Shown here piece by piece: positions 49,948 to 57,182 of a DNA stretch of 59,154 nucleotides. Made by a program: the position numbers and the translations under genes. A model generated the notes under the pieces. That model was not told the DNA's origin and made no database searches. It worked only from the letters and a program-made list of their open reading frames with translations. Source of the DNA: a bacterium (lineage in GTDB: Bacteria; Patescibacteriota; Patescibacteriia; 2-01-FULL-39-33). The stretch is from NCBI GenBank assembly GCA_037130015.1, contig JBAXTU010000004.1, positions 1 to 59,154 on the forward strand, in the 5' to 3' direction. Position 1 is the stretch's first letter. The number at the start of each line of letters is the position of its first letter.

Positions 49948-50439
49948 ATGATATTCAAAAACAAAAAAAATCCTGAGGATGAAATTTTGCATGAGGCTTT
50001 TGAAATTGGCATTGCCCTCAAAGGTATTAATGGACTGTTTGAAACTATTTTAGGCATAGCCTTATTTTTTATTTCTCCCAGTCAAATAGCCGAGCTAGCC
50101 TTATATCTCACTCGTAGTGAACTACTTGAAGATCCTCATGATTTTATAACCAATTACATTCTAAATAGTAGCCAACATTTTTCTAGCGGTTTTCATTTAT
50201 TCCTAATTATTTTTTTATTATCCCACGGACTCATCAAGCTACTGTTGGTAGTAAGTTTATTCAAAAAACAGCTTTGGGCCTATCCGCTCGGTATTGCGAT
50301 TTTTACCGGCTTTGGAGCTTATCAAATGTACAGTTACTTTTATTCGCATTCTATTTTACTTTTAATTTTAACAGTCTTGGATATTATCGTTATTTTCCTA
50401 ACCTGGCATGAATACCAGCACATAAAGCGCAGAAAATAA
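49948..50439 (+). CDS. DUF2127-like membrane protein
   Basis: LKGINGLFETILG, ELLEDPHD, LSHGLIKL, WAYP, TWHEY. Confidence 0.8.
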   Translation: MIFKNKKNPEDEILHEAFEIGIALKGINGLFETILGIALFFISPSQIAELALYLTRSELLEDPHDFITNYILNSSQHFSSGFHLFLIIFLLSHGLIKLLLVVSLFKKQLWAYPLGIAIFTGFGAYQMYSYFYSHSILLLILTVLDIIVIFLTWHEYQHIKRRK

Positions 50440-50500
50440 TATTTATCAAGGGACTTGATTTTTTAAATAAAATAGTGTATAATTTTTTGTATATAAATTT

Positions 50501-50572
50501 GTCACCATCGTCTAGTGGTTAGGACACCAGGTTTTCATCCTGGTAACCGGAGTTCAATTCTCCGTGGTGATA
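50501..50572 (+). tRNA. tRNA-Glu(TTC)
   Basis: GTCACCA TC GTCTAGTGGTTAGGAC A CCAGG TTTTCAT CCTGG TAAC CGGAG TTCAATT CTCCG TGGTGAT A; G1-U72 pair, CCA not encoded. Confidence 0.95.
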
Positions 50573-50666
50573 CTAAAACTAAAAAACATTGTCATAACTG
50601 ACAGTGTTTTTTTGTTATTGTTTTATTTTCTTATTTATACTATAATATATTTATCTATATTTATTT

Positions 50667-51098
50667 ATGGAGCCTAAAAACATGCAATCCAAAAAACCAA
50701 TGGCAAATGACGATCCGACCAGTTTTTTCTTTCCTTCATACAAAGAAGAAAATGATTTATTTGGCAACGAAGGACAACTGGCTTGTGATATCTACGAGAC
50801 CAATGACAGTATCATAGTCAAATCAACCATGGCCGGAGTTGACCCTAAAAATTTAGATATTGCTGTGAGCAACGATGTTTTGACTGTTCGCGGTTTTCGG
50901 GAAATGGAGGAAGAAATAAACGAAACCGATTTCCATTCTCGCGAAATATATTGGGGCGCTTTTTCGCGATCAGTGGTTTTGCCTTCTGCTATTGATCAGC
51001 AAAAAGTCAATGCTACTTTAAAAAATGGTGTGCTCACCATCAAGCTCCCCAAAAAATACAAAACAACTTCCATTCGTGTCAGACCATTAGATACCTAA
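50667..51098 (+). CDS. Hsp20/alpha-crystallin small heat-shock protein
   Basis: DIYET, GAFSRSVVLP, ATLKNGVLTIKLPK. Confidence 0.93.
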   Translation: MEPKNMQSKKPMANDDPTSFFFPSYKEENDLFGNEGQLACDIYETNDSIIVKSTMAGVDPKNLDIAVSNDVLTVRGFREMEEEINETDFHSREIYWGAFSRSVVLPSAIDQQKVNATLKNGVLTIKLPKKYKTTSIRVRPLDT

Positions 51099-51101
51099 AA
51101 T

Positions 51102-51338
51102 ATGGAACACGCAAACAGCTTAACAGCAACAATAGATCAACTGCTTGATAACGGAGCTATCATTAAAACCACTGATGGCCAAACAATTATGTGGCCACTA
51201 GAATTTTTGCCCATGGAAGCAACAGAAGGCATGGCCGTCAAGCTAGAATTAAATATAGGGCAAGCATCAAACCAAAATAATGGCGAGAGCGCCAAAGAAA
51301 TCCTTAATGAAATTTTACGCTCCGACAATGAAAACTAA
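51102..51338 (+). CDS. Small hypothetical protein (DUF3006-like)
   Basis: ATIDQ...WPLEFLP...EG...AKEILNEIL. Confidence 0.65.
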   Translation: MEHANSLTATIDQLLDNGAIIKTTDGQTIMWPLEFLPMEATEGMAVKLELNIGQASNQNNGESAKEILNEILRSDNEN

Positions 51339-53244
51339 TTCCATCTCGCAACCAATAAAAAAAATACTGGGCCTGCCAAGCACTGAAAAAGAGAACAAAA
51401 AAAATAGCAAACGATGGCTACTGGCGACAATTCTGGTCGCCTTTTTTTTAATTGCTTTGCTTTTGGCATTGGCTATTATTACCTTTGAAATAAAATATCA
51501 AAAAGAATTTTTTCCGGGTAGCCATATTGGCGATATTAACCTGGAAGGACTCAATATCACTCAAGCCTTAACTACCATTGATCAAACAACCGAACAAATC
51601 AGTAAAAACGGTTTGCAATTATCCTATCAAAAAGACGATGGGACGCCATTAAGTATTAATCCTCTAATTAGCTCCCTATCCGACCCAGACTTATCGCGCA
51701 ATCTTCTAACTTTTGATAATCACAAAACAATACATGACGCCTTTGCCTATGGCCGTAATGACATTTGGTGGAAAAATTTATTGACCCAAGCCCAAATGTT
51801 TATTAATCCGCAACAATTTAAAGCTGATTTTTCTTTGGATGAAGCCACTCTAAAAATTTTAATAGATCAACAACTGCTAAAAATAGGAAAACCGGCACAG
51901 GATGCCAAAATAAAAACAACTTGGTCTGGCAAAAAATACCAGATAGACATTTTACCCGAACAAAATGGCATTAGCTTTAACTATGACCAAATAATAACAG
52001 ATTTAAAAAATAATTTGACCAGTTTAAAAAATAATCCCATAGAAGCAAAAGCTTCAGTTTCTTTGTCGGTAATCACCAAGGCAGAAGCCGAACAAAAATT
52101 ATTTTTAGTGAATAATCTTTTAGCTAACAGTTCAACTGTTTTATTTTATGCCAATAAACAATGGGTCATGGACAACAAAACATTATCCTCAATGTTGGAA
52201 TTCCAAAAAACAGACGCTGGCATCAACATAGGACTTGTTCAAGAAACTTTTGAAGAATGGCTGACCAAAAATGTGGCCAAGGACATAGAAATAGATGCTT
52301 CTGATGCCAGAGTAGAATTTCAAAATGGCCAATTAGTCAGTGTTGTGCCACAAGGCGATGGCCTAAAAATAAACCTCAAAAAAACTTATGCGGAGGCTAA
52401 TCAAAATTTAATCAATAATAACAGTCGTTGGGAAATTTTTGCTGATAAGATTGATCCCAAAATCACCATGGCGGAAATAAACAATCTCGGCATCAAGGAG
52501 ATTATTGGCACAGGCAAATCAAATTTTTCCGGCAGTCCAGCCAATCGCCGTCATAATATTGCGACTGGAGCCAGCAAACTGCATGGTGTTATCATCAAAC
52601 CTAATGAAGAATTTTCTCTCACCGGCTCACTGGGAGCGGTTGATGGCACAACAGGCTATTTGACTGAAATGGTCATCAAGGACAATAAAACCACGCCAGA
52701 ATTCGGCGGTGGACTTTGCCAAATTGCCACCACTATTTTTCGCGCAGCCATGGCCAGCGGACTGCCCATCACCGAGAGACGCAATCATTCTTATAGCGTC
52801 AGCTACTATCTGGAAAATGGTTTGCCGGGCACAGATGCCACCATTTATATTCCCAAACCAGATGTGCGTTTTATCAATGACACTGGAAATTATATTCTCA
52901 TTCAAAAGCGCATAGAAGGCGATAATTTATATTTTGATTTTTGGGGCACGCCAGATGGACGCATGGCCACCCGTACTAAACCGCGGATTTGGAATTGGGT
53001 TGATCCTGCGCCCACTAAATATGTTGAGACCACAGACCTCAAGCCTGGCGAACAAAAATGCACGGAAAAATCACACAAAGGCGTTAGCACTGCTTTTGAT
53101 TATACTGTCACTTATGCTAGCGGAGATGTCAAAAAAAATACTTTCTCTTCGGTTTACAAACCATGGCAAGCTGTCTGCTTGGTGGGTGTAACCAGTTTAT
53201 CAAGCTCTACTGACTCCACAATCAATATTCAATTTACTCCATAA
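51328..53244 (+). CDS. VanW-family protein with peptidoglycan-binding repeats
   Basis: TM anchor, NRRHNI, PNEEFS, GGGLCQIATTIFRA, ERRNHSY, DATI; ATG 51328 preferred. Confidence 0.9.
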   Translation: MKTNSISQPIKKILGLPSTEKENKKNSKRWLLATILVAFFLIALLLALAIITFEIKYQKEFFPGSHIGDINLEGLNITQALTTIDQTTEQISKNGLQLSYQKDDGTPLSINPLISSLSDPDLSRNLLTFDNHKTIHDAFAYGRNDIWWKNLLTQAQMFINPQQFKADFSLDEATLKILIDQQLLKIGKPAQDAKIKTTWSGKKYQIDILPEQNGISFNYDQIITDLKNNLTSLKNNPIEAKASVSLSVITKAEAEQKLFLVNNLLANSSTVLFYANKQWVMDNKTLSSMLEFQKTDAGINIGLVQETFEEWLTKNVAKDIEIDASDARVEFQNGQLVSVVPQGDGLKINLKKTYAEANQNLINNNSRWEIFADKIDPKITMAEINNLGIKEIIGTGKSNFSGSPANRRHNIATGASKLHGVIIKPNEEFSLTGSLGAVDGTTGYLTEMVIKDNKTTPEFGGGLCQIATTIFRAAMASGLPITERRNHSYSVSYYLENGLPGTDATIYIPKPDVRFINDTGNYILIQKRIEGDNLYFDFWGTPDGRMATRTKPRIWNWVDPAPTKYVETTDLKPGEQKCTEKSHKGVSTAFDYTVTYASGDVKKNTFSSVYKPWQAVCLVGVTSLSSSTDSTINIQFTP

Positions 53245-53303
53245 AATATTTCACAATAAAAGCCGTCTGAATTAACTTTCAGACGGCTTTTTATTTTAAT
53301 AAA

Positions 53304-54248
53304 CTAAATTTCCATCACCAACATATCAAACATCAGCTCCGGATTCTTAACGCCAGATTTGAGTCCGCTTTCAATTTCAATTATTTTTTGATTAATAGCG
53401 ACCAATTCATCAATAGAAAATTTCTTAGCTTGCTCAGTGGCCTTACTAATCACAAACGGATGCTCACGCAATCCACTATCTTCTGAGCCAACGGAATTTT
53501 TAACTCCGCTTTTTATTTTTAAAATAATTTTAAACTGCCGAGCCACCATGGCCAAGATAGCTAGTGGCGCTTCACCACTTTTTAGTTTGTCGGAAATGAG
53601 TTTTAAAGCCAGCAATTTATTTTTGGCGACAATCGCATCCACCATTTTAAAAACATCATCTTCAAATTTAGCTTTTACCAATTCCTTCACATCAACAACT
53701 TTTATTTCCTCGCCTTTTTTATACGAAATTAATTTATCAGCTTCTTGTTGCAATTGACTCAAATCACTGCCAACCAAAACCGTCATTTCTTTAATAGCTG
53801 GCGCGCCAATAATAGCGTTTTTATTTTTAAAATAATCACTCAGCCATTTTTCCGCTTGCCATGCGCTAGGCAAATCAATGGAAAATTTATATTTTTGTTT
53901 TGACAGTAATCTATACAGCGCATTTTTTGGTTCTTCTTTTTTAGTTTCAAAAATTTCAATAAAAATTAAACTGTTTTCCAATTGGTCACCTCGCTCTTCT
54001 AAAAACTGGGCCAAGTCTTTGATAATAAATTTATTGCGAGAAGAATTTTCCACCACTATTAATTTGCTCTCACCTAAAAAAGGCACGGTCAGTGCTTCTT
54101 GCCTAAACTGATCAAAATCAATAACTTTGCCGTCAAGTTTGACCACATTAAAACCGGATTTATCACGTTTTTTGATAAATTGATCAGTAAGTTCTTGAGC
54201 TTTGGCTTTGGCGCTAAAAGCGTCTGTGCCGTAAATAAAGAAAATCAT
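53304..54248 (-). CDS. holA: DNA polymerase III delta subunit
   Basis: MIFFIYGTD, PFLGESKLIVV, EADKLISY, VFKMVDAI, HPFV, LKSG; start reassigned to 54248. Confidence 0.9.
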   Translation of the reverse strand: MIFFIYGTDAFSAKAKAQELTDQFIKKRDKSGFNVVKLDGKVIDFDQFRQEALTVPFLGESKLIVVENSSRNKFIIKDLAQFLEERGDQLENSLIFIEIFETKKEEPKNALYRLLSKQKYKFSIDLPSAWQAEKWLSDYFKNKNAIIGAPAIKEMTVLVGSDLSQLQQEADKLISYKKGEEIKVVDVKELVKAKFEDDVFKMVDAIVAKNKLLALKLISDKLKSGEAPLAILAMVARQFKIILKIKSGVKNSVGSEDSGLREHPFVISKATEQAKKFSIDELVAINQKIIEIESGLKSGVKNPELMFDMLVMEI

Positions 54249-54425
54249 ATAGGGATATTTTAACCTATTTAAGGCCAAACTTCAATTTCAACAAAACCAA
54301 CCCTAAAATACAGCTACCTGTAGATAACTCATATTATTGTAGATAAAATGTTTATAGATTTATATACTTTATTTGTTTAAATTTAAATAAAATATTGTAA
54401 TATTATAAATATTGTAGAAAAATAC

Positions 54426-54454
54426 TTGACATATACTTTAGAAAGGATTATGAT
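54426..54454 (+). promoter_or_regulatory. Promoter of the TrmB-family gene
   Basis: TTGACA-N17-TATGAT. Confidence 0.7.
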
Positions 54455-54490
54455 AATTATAGAGAGAGGGAAAACAATAAAAAACAAAAT

Positions 54491-55246
54491 ATGGAAATAC
54501 AAACGCTACTGAAAGAATTCGGACTGAGCGAAAAAGAAATCGCTGTCTACCTGGCACTTATCCGTCTTGGCCCATCCCCTGTACGCTTGGTGGCTGACAA
54601 ATCCAGTATCAACCGTGGCACGGCTTATGATATTTTAAAATCACTCATGGACTTGGGGCTGGTCACTTATTACCACAAAGAAACCAAACAATACTTCGTG
54701 GCCGAACCGCCAGAAAAACTGATCATCGCCCTGGAAGAAAAACAAGATAATTTAAAAAGACTTAAAGATCAAATGCAAGAGGGGTTGCCAGAAATCCGAG
54801 CTATCTTTGAAAAAAGCGGTAATCGTCCAGCAGTCAGATTCTATGAAGGCAATAATGGCATGAAGCAAATCCTGCAAGATGTGATTGATACCATGAAACA
54901 GCAAACTGAAAAAATTTATTTTGTTTATTCCTCAGGCAAAGTGGAAGAACGCAAACATCTGTATACTGCCATGCCTGATTTTAACAAAAAAAGAATGGCC
55001 AAAGGAATTCAAGTCAGAGTAATTTCTCTCGGCGAGAAAGGCGAAGTCACCGGACTCGACGAAAGAAAGCCGCTTAAAAATGTCGTGGATGACAAAATGA
55101 AAATGACACACGAAATCATTTACGGCGACAAAGTGGCGCACATCGGACTTGATGACAGTGGCAATTCTGTCGGTGTGGTCATAGATAATCAATCTATTTA
55201 TACCATGCAAAAAATGATTTTTGGCTTCAATTGGAGTCAATTATAA
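54491..55246 (+). CDS. TrmB-family transcriptional regulator
   Basis: LKEFGLSEKEIAVYLALI...INRGTAYDILKSLMDLGLV wHTH, VRFYEG, IIYGDKVA C-terminal domain. Confidence 0.92.
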   Translation: MEIQTLLKEFGLSEKEIAVYLALIRLGPSPVRLVADKSSINRGTAYDILKSLMDLGLVTYYHKETKQYFVAEPPEKLIIALEEKQDNLKRLKDQMQEGLPEIRAIFEKSGNRPAVRFYEGNNGMKQILQDVIDTMKQQTEKIYFVYSSGKVEERKHLYTAMPDFNKKRMAKGIQVRVISLGEKGEVTGLDERKPLKNVVDDKMKMTHEIIYGDKVAHIGLDDSGNSVGVVIDNQSIYTMQKMIFGFNWSQL

Positions 55247-55328
55247 GATTTGTTCTTTTAGGGGGATGGTGATACTTTATTTTTTCTAACATTTTTTCTA
55301 CTTCTCAACACCCTTCACCTCCCCCACA

Positions 55329-55405
55329 AATCTGTCTTCCGATCAGTGTCGGAACTGATGAGTCCCTTGCCGGAAGTGGAGAGCCGGAAAAGGACGAAAC
55401 AGATT
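55329..55405 (+). ncRNA. Type III hammerhead ribozyme
   Basis: Stem III AATCTGT/ACAGATT, GUC cleavage triplet (cut after 55336), stem I TTCCGA/TCGGAA, core CTGATGA (55355-55361), stem II GTCC/GGAC extended by CCGG/CCGG, core GAAA (55396-55399). Confidence 0.95.
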
Positions 55406-55431
55406 GGACTTTAACAACAAGGAGAAATACA

Positions 55432-55713
55432 ATGTCTAAATTGTCGCCGAAGGATGGTAGTAACGATTTGGTTTTAACTTTGACTAATGGCGCATCCGTA
55501 AAAGTGTGTCATGAGTTTGAAGGCAGTGAAGCCGAAGGCCGAATGACCTGTTCTGATAATTGTCCATTCATGGGCACTCAGGAGTGGTCGGCCGGTGCTA
55601 TGGAGCGAGTGGTAGGGGTTTGGTTTTGCGCTTTGGCCCATAATGTTTTGCCCTGGAGTGAATGTATCAGCACTAACATGATTAATCAAATTGACAAAAT
55701 AATACCGGAGTGA
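55432..55713 (+). CDS. Hypothetical Cys-containing protein
   Basis: 93 aa, AAGGAG RBS, CSDNCPF...FCAL...C motif. Confidence 0.75.
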   Translation: MSKLSPKDGSNDLVLTLTNGASVKVCHEFEGSEAEGRMTCSDNCPFMGTQEWSAGAMERVVGVWFCALAHNVLPWSECISTNMINQIDKIIPE

Positions 55714-55818
55714 CACAATAATCTATTCCAAAATGAACGGAATAAAAGCGCGATTCCCCGTTGGAAGCGCGAGTGATTGTTTAACTAGAAGTACTTTTAA
55801 CAAAAAGGAGTTAGCCAG

Positions 55819-56043
55819 ATGACCATAAACGATAATCACGAGAGAATTATACTATTCTCTAGCCATGGTGACGGCGGACGATTTGATGAATTAGAAAAAC
55901 AAATCAACGCGTGGCTTAGCGATAATCCAGAGATCAGAATTATATTTCGGCAAATGACTACCTGCGCGGGACAGAAGCTGGATAACCATCACATTATATG
56001 GCCAGTCATTATTTGTACAGTCGCAATTTTTTACACTAACTAG
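55819..56043 (+). CDS. Small hypothetical protein, Cse60/DUF2758-like pattern
   Basis: IILF...DELEKQINAWL...VAIFY; AAGGAG RBS. Confidence 0.65.
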   Translation: MTINDNHERIILFSSHGDGGRFDELEKQINAWLSDNPEIRIIFRQMTTCAGQKLDNHHIIWPVIICTVAIFYTN

Positions 56044-56068
56044 CAGTACAACTCGCAATTTACAGTTT

Positions 56069-56095
56069 GTCCGTTTTCTTAAAACGGACTTTTTT
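56069..56095 (+). terminator. Intrinsic terminator closing the trmB-ribozyme-small ORF unit
   Basis: GTCCGTTTT-ctt-AAAACGGAC-TTTTTT. Confidence 0.75.
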
Positions 56096-56153
56096 ATTTG
56101 ATTAAAAAAGCCTCAGTAGTTTATGAGACTTTTTTGACCAAATAAAAAATAAC

Positions 56154-57173
56154 TTATTTTTGCCTAGCTAGTTCAATTTGTTTTTCTAAAAATTCTGCAA
56201 AACTCATACCTGCGACTTTCGCCGACTTGGGTGCTAGACTAGCCGCCGTTTGTCCGGGAATAGTATTGATTTCAATAAAGTATAGCTCATTATCTTTTAA
56301 AATAAAATCTGAACGAGTAAGTCCATCGCAACCCAAAATAGCATGGATCTTTTTTGATAAATCTTGAATTTTTGCTGTCAGTTCCGGTCCAATATTGGCC
56401 GGGCAAATTTCTTCAGTCTTTTTGGAAAAATACTTGGCCTGATAATCAAAAAACTTGGACTCATGAGGAATTATTTCAACTGGCGGTAAAGCCGTTAGTT
56501 CTGTTTGGCCGGTATTACCCATCACCGGGCAAGTCAGCTCACGGCCAACAATCATTTCTTCCACCAAAACAATTTTGTCTTCTTTAAAAGCCAAATCAAC
56601 GGCTTTTTTTAATTCAGAAAAGTCTTTAACTAGACTAACACCAATACTTGAGCCCGATTCATTGGGCTTAACCACGACCGGATAGCCAAATGATTTACTT
56701 ATCAAACCATCAAACTCATCAAGGCTCTCAGGATTTTTATATAACACTACATGTTGCGGGATAACAATCCCGTGGCTATACAAAATTTCCAAACATTTTA
56801 TTTTATTCATGCCCAAAGCGCTGGCCAAAACTCCAGAGCCGGTATAGGGCACGCCTTGATAATCTAGTATGGCCTGAATTCGCCCATCCTCGCCAAATTT
56901 TCCATGCAAAGATAAAAAAACCACGTCAATGCTTGGCAAGTCTAATTTATCGGGAGTGGTTTGACTGGATAATAATTCATGGCCAGTTGATTGTTCGCCA
57001 ATCGCTTTTAAATCAGGTCTTAGCAACCATTTTTTATCCGGTGTAATTTCAATTATTTTGACTTCATATTTATCAGTCGGCAAAGCCTGCGCAATTTGAC
57101 CAGCGCTTAAGAGTGAGATTTCTCGTTCGTTGGAAAATCCCCCGGCAATAATGGCGATGTTTATTTTTGGCAT
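56154..57173 (-). CDS. ddl: D-alanine--D-alanine ligase
   Basis: GGFSNEREISL, LHGKFGEDG, KPNESGSSIGV, FDYQAKY, EINTIPG. Confidence 0.96.
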   Translation of the reverse strand: MPKINIAIIAGGFSNEREISLLSAGQIAQALPTDKYEVKIIEITPDKKWLLRPDLKAIGEQSTGHELLSSQTTPDKLDLPSIDVVFLSLHGKFGEDGRIQAILDYQGVPYTGSGVLASALGMNKIKCLEILYSHGIVIPQHVVLYKNPESLDEFDGLISKSFGYPVVVKPNESGSSIGVSLVKDFSELKKAVDLAFKEDKIVLVEEMIVGRELTCPVMGNTGQTELTALPPVEIIPHESKFFDYQAKYFSKKTEEICPANIGPELTAKIQDLSKKIHAILGCDGLTRSDFILKDNELYFIEINTIPGQTAASLAPKSAKVAGMSFAEFLEKQIELARQK

Positions 57174-57182
57174 AATAAAAAC

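Noticed and set aside
55718-55790. Second hammerhead ribozyme
   Set aside because: Lacks the CUGANGA and GAAA core; reported only as a structured spacer
51328-57173. VanW + ddl as a glycopeptide-resistance cluster
   Set aside because: No vanH/vanX/vanRS; the genes are not adjacent; Ddl has the DYQAKY loop typical of D-Ala-D-Ala ligases
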